From Promethearchaeota archaeon (GTDB taxonomy: Archaea > Asgardarchaeota > Lokiarchaeia > Sigyniarchaeales > SOKP01), in NCBI GenBank assembly GCA_048938025.1, contig JBHLMP010000004.1, forward strand, positions 1-64,000: a DNA stretch of 64,000 bases, read 5' to 3'. Shown one piece after another: positions 10,957 to 21,500 of this stretch (its first letter is position 1; the number at the start of each line of letters is the position of its first letter). Under the pieces are notes generated by a model that made no database searches, was not told the origin of the DNA, and saw only the letters and a program-made list of their open reading frames with translations. The position numbers were made by a program, and so were the translations under genes.

Positions 10957-11196
10957 AGATTTCATAATTTTTCTATATTTATTCTAATAAATGCTCATAA
11001 AAATCTGCGAACTATTTATAACTTTCTCTAATTTAGACATTATCTAATTTAAATTGAGTATGATAAATACTATAAATATCTGCCCTAAGCATAAATGAAT
11101 TTGTCTTATTCTACTAGAATATTACAATATAGATCTAAATCAATTAAATGATAAAATGAAAGTCTTTTTAAAATAAAAAAATATAAAAAATTTAAA

Positions 11197-11315
11197 TTAA
11201 CCTATTTCAATATCCATCTTTTTCCGTTCTTCAAGTAAAGCATCTCCTACCGAAGGATCTGCTAATGTGATTATATTTACAATATAAGTTCTGGCAGCAA
11301 TTGTTTTCAAGATTC
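11197..11315 (-). pseudogene. Displaced, decayed acs 3' end (remnant 1)
   Basis: Translates as [38 protein letters not shown], homologous to the Acs C-terminus at 53536. Confidence 0.88.
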
Positions 11316-11419
11316 ATAAAAATGTAAAATATTATTAATTGAACTAACTGTATATTAATCATTCATAGCTATTAATATCGAATATTCAATATCGAAATAT
11401 AATAAAGTATATTTTTTAA

Positions 11420-13897
11420 TTGATAAAAGTGAAGATAAATACTCAACCTCAAAAATTAGAGAACATAGATAATCAAATTTTAAAGTGCTTAAAGTTATTA
11501 AAAGCGAGGAAATTCGATAAAGCTCTATCAATAATTAACAATATTCTAAACGAAAAAACACCCGAATTAAACTTAATCCAAAAATTTGGTGCAAGATTTG
11601 CCCGCTCGTTAGCATTCATGTCCAAAAAGAAGTTTAATCAAGTTATTGAAGAGATTAAGCTCTGTGAACAAATTTTAGACCAAATGGATTCAGTTGAAAA
11701 AGAAAATCACCTTGTAAAAGAGGGGATAGGCAGGTTAATGTCAATTAAAGGAGCAATTCAGACTATCAACGGTGAACTTAAGAATGCTCTAGAAAGTTAT
11801 CATCATAGTGTAGCGATTTATGAGTCTTTAGGTAATAAAAAAGGCAAATATTATCAACTTGAAGCAATAGGTTGGATCAAAAGAGCTCAAGGCGAATTAG
11901 ATCAAGCGTTGGAATATTATCATAAACAATTGAATGTTGCTAAAGAAATGGGTGATGAAGGGCGTGAGGGTTGGGCAATTTTTTCAATAGCAATTACCCA
12001 TTTCTATAAAGGAGATTTATTTCAAGCAATAGAAAATGCCCAAGAGTGTTTAGCACTTTATGAAAAGCTGAAAAGTGAATTTGGGCTTTCGTGGGCACAT
12101 AATCTTTTTGGATCGATTTATCGTGGAAAGGGTGAATTTAATAAAAGTTTAGAGCATTATTATGAGGCTTTAACAATTTATAATGAGAATTTAGCTATTC
12201 AAAAACGGGTGCCACATAGTTATTGTTATGCTCTTAGAAATATTGGAATGTTATATTATGAAAAAAATCAAATAAATAAATCAATTGAATACTTAAAGGA
12301 ATCGATAAAGGCACATAATTCCTTCTGTGTAGTGAGAGATACTCTATTTGATTATGACCTTATTGCTTCAAATTTATACTTGGTTTTTTCAAGCATAGAA
12401 ATTGATAATTATGAACAAATTGATAATTCTATGGAGGAGCTTTCTAAATTTGCGCAGAGATGGCCTTGGACTGCCTTTTTTATGAAATTTGGTAAAGCTC
12501 TTTTATTGAAGAATAAACAACGAGCGAAAGATAAATTTCAAGCACAAAAAATATTTGAAGATTTACTTAAAGCAAAATTTGATTATCAAATAGAATTCAG
12601 TATCCAAGTAAACCTGTGTGATTTATTATTAGATGAGCTAAAATATTCTGGAATGGAAGAAATACTATCTGAAATTCAAAATTTACTTAATAAAATCTCT
12701 GAAGTCGCTAATAAACAACGTTCTATTACCACGTTAGTTATATTATATTCTCTTCAAGCAAAATTGGCTTTAATTGAGGGAAATGCTGAACTTTCAAATG
12801 AACTATTGAATAAAGCTCTCAAAATTGCCGAAAAAAGGGGATTGGAGTTGATGTCAAAAAAACTAACAGCTCAACAAAATCAACTTTTTAATCAATTAGA
12901 GGAATGGAAAGCATTATTCATACAGAATTCGAAATTACAAGAGAAAATTGAATTTTTAAATCTAAAAGAGTATGTTACAGAAGCTATAAATGAGGTTTTA
13001 GAGAAAAAATTCAAAACTGAAAAGAAATATAAAATAATCTATAAAGATTTACTCAAAGATTATCATAAAATCCAGAGTGAGAAATGTAGAATTGGAATAG
13101 CTCAAATAATGCTCTCCGAAACTGGGGAAGTTTTAAATGAATTCTTTAAATTAAAAGCATCTGGATTATTAGGACTTAAAGAAAATAAAGTGCAAAAAGT
13201 TAGATCCGTTTTTAAAAACATGATAGAGGAAGCTAATTCTGAAGGAATAAATATTCTCATCTTTCCAGAAATGAGTATTGACTTTAATTATGAAATCTTT
13301 TTGGAAGAAATTTCAAATCTAGCCAATATTTATAACATGTATATTATTCCTGGCTCTTATCACGATCAAGCAACAAAACGAAATTTAAGCGTGGTAATAG
13401 GTCCAGAAGGGAAAATCTGGGAACAGGAAAAACATATACCTGCTGTAATACATTTTGGGGGAAAACAATTTAAAGAAATTATTGATGCAAGTTCTCTTCC
13501 CCGTAAAACAATCGTTTGTAATACAGAATTCGGAAGAATAGCCATTATTATATGTCGAGATTTCTTGGATATGGATCTCAGAGTAGAATTAAAAAATTTT
13601 GAGCCACCTGTGGATATTGTTATAAATCCTGCTTTTACACCAGTTACAGCAGATTTTAAAGCTGCGCACTTTGATGCTCGGAGATCTATTTATAGTTATT
13701 GTTTCTTTGCGAATATCGCTGAATACGGTGAATCTCATATATATACACCAGAAAAAGATCGTACTGAAAGATTTTTGCCAGCAAAAGAAGAAGGAATAAT
13801 ATATAAAGATATAGATCTCTTTAAATTACGCGCAGAACGTAAAAAATGGGATAAAGAACAAAATAAAAAGAGATTATTCATACAAAGTACTAGATAG
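11420..13897 (+). CDS. TPR-repeat protein with C-terminal carbon-nitrogen hydrolase (nitrilase) domain
   Basis: TPR units (GELDQALEYY, GEFNKSLEHY); triad IFPEMS / EQEKHIP / IICRDF. Confidence 0.85.
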   Translation: MIKVKINTQPQKLENIDNQILKCLKLLKARKFDKALSIINNILNEKTPELNLIQKFGARFARSLAFMSKKKFNQVIEEIKLCEQILDQMDSVEKENHLVKEGIGRLMSIKGAIQTINGELKNALESYHHSVAIYESLGNKKGKYYQLEAIGWIKRAQGELDQALEYYHKQLNVAKEMGDEGREGWAIFSIAITHFYKGDLFQAIENAQECLALYEKLKSEFGLSWAHNLFGSIYRGKGEFNKSLEHYYEALTIYNENLAIQKRVPHSYCYALRNIGMLYYEKNQINKSIEYLKESIKAHNSFCVVRDTLFDYDLIASNLYLVFSSIEIDNYEQIDNSMEELSKFAQRWPWTAFFMKFGKALLLKNKQRAKDKFQAQKIFEDLLKAKFDYQIEFSIQVNLCDLLLDELKYSGMEEILSEIQNLLNKISEVANKQRSITTLVILYSLQAKLALIEGNAELSNELLNKALKIAEKRGLELMSKKLTAQQNQLFNQLEEWKALFIQNSKLQEKIEFLNLKEYVTEAINEVLEKKFKTEKKYKIIYKDLLKDYHKIQSEKCRIGIAQIMLSETGEVLNEFFKLKASGLLGLKENKVQKVRSVFKNMIEEANSEGINILIFPEMSIDFNYEIFLEEISNLANIYNMYIIPGSYHDQATKRNLSVVIGPEGKIWEQEKHIPAVIHFGGKQFKEIIDASSLPRKTIVCNTEFGRIAIIICRDFLDMDLRVELKNFEPPVDIVINPAFTPVTADFKAAHFDARRSIYSYCFFANIAEYGESHIYTPEKDRTERFLPAKEEGIIYKDIDLFKLRAERKKWDKEQNKKRLFIQSTR

Positions 13898-13933
13898 ATC
13901 TAAATTATAGGTATAAAAATAAAATAAAAAAAA

Positions 13934-14187
13934 TTAACCTACTTCTACATCCATTTTCTTACGCTCTTCAAGAAGGGCATCAACAACGGAAGGATCAGCT
14001 AAGGTTGTAATATTTCCGATTTCTGTTCCAGCTGCGATTGCTTTCAGGATTCTACGCATAATTTTACCACTTCTTGTTTTTGGCAAATCATCAGCGAATT
14101 GAATCACATCTGGTTGAAATACAGGACCGATCTCTTGTCTCACATGCATCCGTATCTCTTTAGACAACTTGGCAGATTTTTCAACAA
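13934..14187 (-). pseudogene. Displaced, synonymously recoded acs 3' end (remnant 2, ~250 bp)
   Basis: [53 protein letters not shown]...MDVEVG*; near-identical protein to 53536-53790 but many third-position changes; no 5' part. Confidence 0.93.
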
Positions 14188-14209
14188 CTTAAATAAGAAT
14201 AAATAGAAT

Positions 14210-16468
14210 TTATTTGGATCTGAATTTTTTACGCTTATAATACACAAGTATCAAGACTCCAAGCAATCCAGTTATAATTATATAGGGAATTGTTATTGGT
14301 ATCCATTCATAGACATTTTTACCATCTGTTGTTCCATTTGATGGTGTATATGGAATAAGCACTATAATCTTTAGGCAGCCTGTGGTATAATTACCAAACT
14401 CATTGTATGCCACAACAATAAAAAAATATGTACCATTTCCCCACCCACTCACCGAATATCGGTAATAAGGCCATTCGAATGGTGGTGTAAAGTTGTAAAA
14501 AGATTTAACACTGCTATTAAAGGTAGTTATTGTATAATTTGAAATGAAAATGGTATAATTCAGTGCATATTCTGACCTAGTCCAAATGATATCGAAGGTT
14601 CCATCATCATCGGTAGGTATATCAGCGTCCGAAAATAATATAAATGGATCAGGGGCACGTCTTACAATAACTTGGATGCAATTCGACATTATGTCCCCCA
14701 CTTCGTTGTATGCTACTATAACATAATAGTAATCGCCATTAGTTAAATTCTCGATTAAAAAAAAAGTATCTGTGATGTTATTTGCGACCAAAGTACTTTG
14801 CGTCTCAAAATCATAGATAAAATCAACATGGACATAAACCGAATAATTATCTGCTCCTTCCGATGTAGACCATGTGAAGTTTACTATTCCATCAGTATCA
14901 GGTATTTCTGTGTGATTATTCAATGTGAATTCACCTGGAACAAATTGAATGATTGCTTTTAGACAGTTGGAGCTTGTATTGCCATACTCATTAAATGCAA
15001 CGACTAAGAAGTAGTGAGTACATTGCTCTAAATTAGTGATATAATAAGTACGATTTGTATTTCCTTTTACTATTTCTTTGACGTTTGAATTAATTTCAGT
15101 TATTGTCTCATTAGATTGGTACAGACTATAATTATCAGTATCTAATGAGTCAGTCCAAGATAATGTAAAATTGCTTTCAGTGTGAGGAAATGAGACATCA
15201 GCAGATAATTCAAAATCATCCGGTATAGCCAAATATTTCGCTAAAAAGAGATCAAAATCATTTATTGTAGTTTCAGTTCTGCCTGTTATGAACGTATTAT
15301 CAAAAGAATCTATTGTAATTCCATAAGCTATGTCATCAAGGCTATTGCCCCAGATTTTATACCACATATAATCTCCGTTGTGATTAAATTTAACAAGGCA
15401 TACATCCTTATCAATTCCATCAAAACTTCTAGTATATCCAGTAATATATATATTCTCCTTTGAATCTAATGCAATAGAATACCCATAATCGTGCTCAGAA
15501 CCACCCCAAGTAGTATTCCATAGTGGATCACCAGAGCTATTAAATTTAAACAAAACAATATCATTTCCTCCAGCACCATAATTTTGCGTATTTCCAACCA
15601 CCAGGATATCATCAGAAGAATCAACTACAAGAGAATATCCATTATCAGGGAGAGCTGCACCCCAAGTAATATTCCATTGATGTTCTCCATTATTGTTGAA
15701 TTTGGCCAAAAAAGAATTGCTTGTTATTGCACCAAAACTACTTGTATATCCTGTAATACAAATATTTTCATCTACATCAATTTCTATGTCGTAAGCTAAA
15801 TCAGTATCTGACCCTCCCCAGATTTCATTCCACTCTAAATATCCAGAACTATTAAACTTTAATATAATTACATCACCAAAGATATCATAAATCTCTGTAT
15901 ATCCAACAATATATATATTATCAGAGTTATCAATAGCAATGCCATATCCGCAATCATATTGAATACCACCCCAAGAGATATTCCACACTAATCCTCCAAA
16001 ACTGTTATACTTAATAAGTATTATATCTACACTACCATTGGTATAGCTCAAGGTAGATCCTGTTATATAAATATTATTTAATGAATCAATATCTATACTA
16101 AAAGCAGAATCATCTGAATTCCCACCCCAGGATTTATTCCATAGAAGGTCTCCTGAATTATTATATTTTCCCAAATAAATATCAAAAGCATTTTTGGAAG
16201 AATTATATTGTTTGCCTGTAAGATAAATATTTCCAAATGAATCCGTAACTATAGCTCTTCCAATATCTTCACCCTCATTTGTCTGTGTTTGATTCCATTC
16301 AAATTTAATTGAAGTATTAATATTACTCATTATTTCTTTAGACCCAAAATTTTTATTAAAAAATGGTCTTAAATTTATAAACAAAAAACTCTGCGATATT
16401 GAAATTAATGATATTAACATAAATAGAAAGATCAATTCTTTCAATTTTTTCTTATTTTTTTCAATCAT
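14210..16468 (-). CDS. Membrane-anchored beta-propeller (SBBP-like repeats) + fibronectin type III surface protein
   Basis: Signal peptide; ~7 WNxTWGG...DS.DNIYITG repeats; three FN3-like YYFxVVAYNE units; C-terminal TM plus basic tail. Confidence 0.85.
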   Translation of the reverse strand: MIEKNKKKLKELIFLFMLISLISISQSFLFINLRPFFNKNFGSKEIMSNINTSIKFEWNQTQTNEGEDIGRAIVTDSFGNIYLTGKQYNSSKNAFDIYLGKYNNSGDLLWNKSWGGNSDDSAFSIDIDSLNNIYITGSTLSYTNGSVDIILIKYNSFGGLVWNISWGGIQYDCGYGIAIDNSDNIYIVGYTEIYDIFGDVIILKFNSSGYLEWNEIWGGSDTDLAYDIEIDVDENICITGYTSSFGAITSNSFLAKFNNNGEHQWNITWGAALPDNGYSLVVDSSDDILVVGNTQNYGAGGNDIVLFKFNSSGDPLWNTTWGGSEHDYGYSIALDSKENIYITGYTRSFDGIDKDVCLVKFNHNGDYMWYKIWGNSLDDIAYGITIDSFDNTFITGRTETTINDFDLFLAKYLAIPDDFELSADVSFPHTESNFTLSWTDSLDTDNYSLYQSNETITEINSNVKEIVKGNTNRTYYITNLEQCTHYFLVVAFNEYGNTSSNCLKAIIQFVPGEFTLNNHTEIPDTDGIVNFTWSTSEGADNYSVYVHVDFIYDFETQSTLVANNITDTFFLIENLTNGDYYYVIVAYNEVGDIMSNCIQVIVRRAPDPFILFSDADIPTDDDGTFDIIWTRSEYALNYTIFISNYTITTFNSSVKSFYNFTPPFEWPYYRYSVSGWGNGTYFFIVVAYNEFGNYTTGCLKIIVLIPYTPSNGTTDGKNVYEWIPITIPYIIITGLLGVLILVYYKRKKFRSK

Positions 16469-16515
16469 TATTTCTATCTTTTTTTCTTATTTGGGAATAA
16501 TCTAGTTATTAAAAT

Positions 16516-17751
16516 TTAAAATTCAGCATTAAACTCCTCTTTAAAATTTCTTAGGTGTTGAAAATGTTCTGTAATTATGTCTTTCTTTATCTGATAATAA
16601 TTAAAAGGCTTTAAGGGTGGTGCTTTGATAAGCTTGAATATATTATACAAACCTTGCTTTTCTTCTGCAATATAATTAAGCTTATTCTTAGGATCAGCAA
16701 ATAATTGAAAATAAGTGATATATGTTCTTTTATCATGTTTATCTAGATTATTTTTATCAAGATGATTCAAATAACTATCAATTAATTCTTTTCTAAAGTG
16801 ATATCCTTTCTTTAAGGGATAATATTGATTCTTTTTCGTATCAGATTGTAATTCTGCTAATTCAACCCATTTGAAAATATAATTTAAAAAATTTAATTGA
16901 TCTTTTGGTAAATCTTCTGAAATATTCGAGAATTTTTCTTTCCCTATACTCCAAACATATTTAAGATCTACTGGTTCCGTGAAAACGCAATTATTTTTGA
17001 TTTTATTATGATTATCTTTATTTTGATATATAATTCGATCCTTTTGATTAACGAGTGTCACATTTTTTATTAATTTTTCAAATATTCGGTGTTTTATAGT
17101 AGCACCAGGTATAATATAATTAAAACATGACTTTAGAAAATTTTTAAAAGAAATTTCCACAGAAAAATCTTTTTCTAATCCTTGTAAAAAATCTCTTAAT
17201 AAAGTCAATTCCCCTTCAATATCATTTTGAGAGACTTTTTTCTTTAACCCCATTTTTTTTAAATCAAATTTAGACAATGCTTTTGTTTGCTTCATTGAAC
17301 TATTAAGTTCAAGAGTGATTATACTGTCTGATATCTTTTTATTTTTCAAAAATAATTGTTCTTCAGTAAAACTAATTATACTATATTTAGGTATCCTCAA
17401 TTTTTTATTGTAAATAACACCCTCTTCATCTGTTTCAGTTATAGCATTAATTAATGCTCTATTTTTTTCAAAATCTGTAATCCATAATATTTTTTTCCCG
17501 TTCAAATTCAAGGAAGTAAGATCTCTTCTTGAAGTTCCGTCAAATTTTTGAATAATATCTTGAGGGAATACTTTCAAGATTGAATTTATAAATAGTTTTA
17601 GAATTTCGGAATAATCTCCAAGAACTAATATAGTTTGGAAATTATTAAATAATGAGCCAACCAGAAAATAAAAACAAAGCCTTTTGTTTATATATTCACC
17701 TGGGTATAATGTATCTAAAATCTTATTAAAATAATAAGTTTTACTTAACAA
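16516..17751 (-). CDS. Mobile-element MCM/Cch-like AAA+ helicase homologue with degenerate Walker A (start possibly ATT at 17874)
   Basis: GEYINKRLCFYFLVGS...QTILVLGDYSEILKLFINSILKVFP...KILWITDFE resembles the GE..NK...G.SSAGKS...VL.LFP...KIL.I.E family associated with element primases. Confidence 0.5.
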   Translation of the reverse strand: MLSKTYYFNKILDTLYPGEYINKRLCFYFLVGSLFNNFQTILVLGDYSEILKLFINSILKVFPQDIIQKFDGTSRRDLTSLNLNGKKILWITDFEKNRALINAITETDEEGVIYNKKLRIPKYSIISFTEEQLFLKNKKISDSIITLELNSSMKQTKALSKFDLKKMGLKKKVSQNDIEGELTLLRDFLQGLEKDFSVEISFKNFLKSCFNYIIPGATIKHRIFEKLIKNVTLVNQKDRIIYQNKDNHNKIKNNCVFTEPVDLKYVWSIGKEKFSNISEDLPKDQLNFLNYIFKWVELAELQSDTKKNQYYPLKKGYHFRKELIDSYLNHLDKNNLDKHDKRTYITYFQLFADPKNKLNYIAEEKQGLYNIFKLIKAPPLKPFNYYQIKKDIITEHFQHLRNFKEEFNAEF

Positions 17752-18399
17752 AACCTCACTAACTTTTAATTTAATACTTTCAGAATCTAAATTTAACTTA
17801 ATGATATTTAGATTTTCACTATTAGGATTATCAATTTGAGATCTCTTATTCTCATTAAAATTTTTTCCAAGAATTTTTATTTCACCCTAAAATTATATGA
17901 TTTTTAAGATAAACACAATCAATACATTCAAAGAAAAGTTCATATTACCTCTAAATTTATTTCCCTTACTTAGAGATTTGAGATTGGTTTGAGTATGTTT
18001 ATTATAAAAATTATTTTTTTTCTCAATTGCATTGGAACCTGGTATACTATAATTTTCCATATGAAAATATTATCAAAATCATAAAATTTCAATGCAATTT
18101 TGTATTGGAATTCTGATATTAATGTAGACCTTATTTTCATCTCATCTTTTCTAAGGATTTAACGTTTAAAATGTATTTATCTTATAATTTATTGTCTTTT
18201 ATGGCTTTTCTTAACTTCTATATAAGTCGATATAAAATAAGATAATATTTAATTTAAATACTTCAACTCTCTATTTTTTTTTCAATTTTTAATACTTATT
18301 ATTTAAATACTTACATAAGATTGCTAAAAATCTGAAAATCAATACAGAATAATGTTTATATAGAAAAATGGTATAATATAGAAAAACACCAAAAGAGAA

Positions 18400-18446
18400 G
18401 ATCGAGGAGATTGAATTTATTTGATCCTTTTTGATCTCATTTGATC
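18400..18446. promoter_or_regulatory. Phased TTTGATC repeats (10-bp period) upstream of the giant gene
   Basis: TTTGATC at 18420, 18430 and 18440, TTGAAT at 18411 and another GATC at 18400. Confidence 0.45.
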
Positions 18447-18525
18447 TATAGTTTTTTGAAATCTATTAGGATTTTATAAGTCTTTCTCTTGATTTTCATG
18501 AATTTAAATAAAAAAAATAAAAAAA

Positions 18526-21500
18526 ATGATTAAAATGATATTTTTAAATAAAAATGAAAATGAATGGATAAAAATACCAAAAACTCAGAAAACAAGGAAA
18601 ATTTTAGCATTAACTCTAATTACTTTAATCTTAATTTCAGAAGTTGCAAAAAATGTGCATGCTGATGATTTAGGTCTAGAATTTAATGCAAATCCAACTA
18701 CTGCAGATATAGGGGAATTAATAACTTTCAATTGGACAAATACGGGAGATTTTAATTCAGGGTGGATTAACTTCGGGGATGGTAATATAACCGTTTTATC
18801 AGATGATGATGATAACAGTACAATTTCGCATAAATACACTACTGAAGGAACCTATAATGTAACACTATATATAGAGAATGATTTTAATCCCAAAGATTAT
18901 GATACTGACAGCATAATAATCACAATAAAAAATGATCCACCGCAATTTGACATTTCCCTTCTTAGTGAAGCGTATGAAGATGATGCTGTTAATGTCTCTG
19001 TCGTTAACCTAGTAGAATCGGAGCATGATCTTCAGGATGGGGTTCTGACCTATGTGTATGATTTTGCTGATGGAGAAACCGTAAATACTAATCAGAGTTC
19101 AATCATTCACGAGTGGAATAATGCGGGAGTCTATAAAGTGACGGTTACTGTGATCGATGATCAAGGGGCATTAGATCAAGAATCTCAAAATATTCAAATT
19201 AACAATAAGCCCCCTGATGCTTATTTTACATTTGCCCCTACCTCTGCTTCAAATAATACGGTTGCATCCTATTATGGGACATACGACTTCCGTTCGGATA
19301 TTATTGGACAGGAACCTGAAAATTGGAGTGTGTATGATTCGGATGATGTGGATTTAGAGACTGCTATTATTAGACCAAATGAAGATGGTGATAAGAAAGA
19401 GTGGACTCCTTCCATTTCAGGTAACCATTACGTTTTAGTAAATGAAGAAACTCCGGACGAAAATGAAGATGATATAATCAGAGCTTATTATAACCCATAT
19501 GATTATATACAAACTGAAAGGTTTGAAATGGGAGCTGTCGATATGGCGGGAGGAACTATAGTAAAAATAAGTATACATGCATATGGCAAGTTTATACCAG
19601 GTGATTTGGAATCTATACAACCCTGTTCAAGGATAAATTTGGGTGGTTGGAAATTTAGGAAAACATGGAATTTTTCAAGTACTGGCTATAGTTGGAAGAC
19701 GCTTACTTGGACTGGATTAAATGGTTCCCAATCAGATTTAAACAATTTAATAATAGAATTTGAAGCTATAATACTAAGCATAGCTCCTGCGGAATATCGC
19801 ATTGATGCAGTTTATTGTGAAATCTTTTACACTCATAATATAGAAATATCCATAATGGATGATGGGGGATATTACAGAGAAGTAATAAAATTTTACGACC
19901 ATGATACTACAGAAAGGGTATGGATGGAAAACAGTTTTGATTCTCAAACTTCTGGAACAATTGAGTTCTATCTAAAATCCAGCGATGCAACTATTGATAC
20001 TTGGACCTTGATATTATATGATGGGAGTACCTACGGATTAAAACTTTTTATGAAAAATGATCAATGGAACTATATAAATGGGACTTCAGGTACTATTTCG
20101 GAATGTGGAACGCCTTTAGATAATCAGTGGTATTGGATCCGGCTCGATTTTTGTACGAGCGGTTTCTATCTTGGTTTGAATGCCCATCAATTTAGGGTAA
20201 CAGTTGATAATTCATCATCAAATATCTATCATTTTGAGGATATAAGCCAAGTAAATAAGATACGATTTGAATCCAATGTTTCAGCACAAGGGACAGCATG
20301 GATTGATGCGATTGGATATACCTGGGATGAAAATTATCAAATTGGGGATAATAAAAATGTAGTGATCTCTTATCCTGAAAAAACCCATATACAATTTATG
20401 GCAAATTGCACTGATACAGGGAATGATCTTGCTTCTATGCGGTTTTATTGGGATTTTGGAGATGGAACTTCTGGTTGGGGTAAATATCCCGTTCATTCTT
20501 ACTTAACCTCTGGATTTTATATAGTTAATCTGACATGTAAAGATGATAATGGAAAAACCGATTGGTATACGGAAAGAGTATTAATACATAACCTATATCC
20601 AGATATAGTAAATGTTAGCTGCTCTAATAACTTCACGACCATTAATGAAGGGGAAACTATTTTATTTGCTGCCGAACCTACCGATGATGAAAGTGACCTT
20701 TCGAGACTATCGTATTGGTGGGAGTTCGAGGATGATGGCTTTGATCCCTATAATACCAGTTCTTATGAATCGGGAGGGTGGCTACGATCCCATTTTTATA
20801 CTGATGATTATTGTGGATATGCCTATATAATCGTAAAGGATCCCGAAGGGGCTTTGGGCTATAAGGCTGTGTTAGTAAATGTTTCGAATGTTGCCCCTTT
20901 ATTGAGTATATGGGATGCAAGTATCTTAGCAAATATCTCATTTGAAGTGTATCGAAATAGCCCCTCATATGATGCCAATTTTACTTTTGAACTCTTGTCT
21001 AACGACGAGGCTCAATTAATCTCGTTTCTTAATTTTACAGGATCAGAAAATAGTTTAGTATATAGCGATAAAACGCAAATACCCATGACACTTTCAAAAT
21101 TGTGGAGGGTAATTGTGAATTCATCGGAAGTACTTCCAGAAAATTCATGGTTTAGATACTACGTTAAATTACAGTTCCTCAGTGGAGAAATATTAGTCAT
21201 CTCAAGCTCAAAATTGTATGGAGGAGGGTATGGTTCATGGGAAATCGATCTCAATCCACACTTCTATGACAATGGGGATTATACCTTTAAGTATCCAATT
21301 ACCTTCAATGCTCATATCTGGGACCCTTCAGTGGATGACATCTTTCTTTCCATACAATATAATGTATCTATGCATTTGATAATTGATTGTGCTAATACGT
21401 TACCCCTTGAAGATAGTTTTACTATAGAATATCCGTTAAGTAATGTATCCTATATAATTAATGTATATATGGAAGATGGAGTGAAATATGCTAATATCAC

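Noticed and set aside
13934-14167. 77-aa ORF as an independent gene
   Set aside because: It is the acs C-terminal fragment; homology runs upstream past the TTG and ends abruptly at ~14187.
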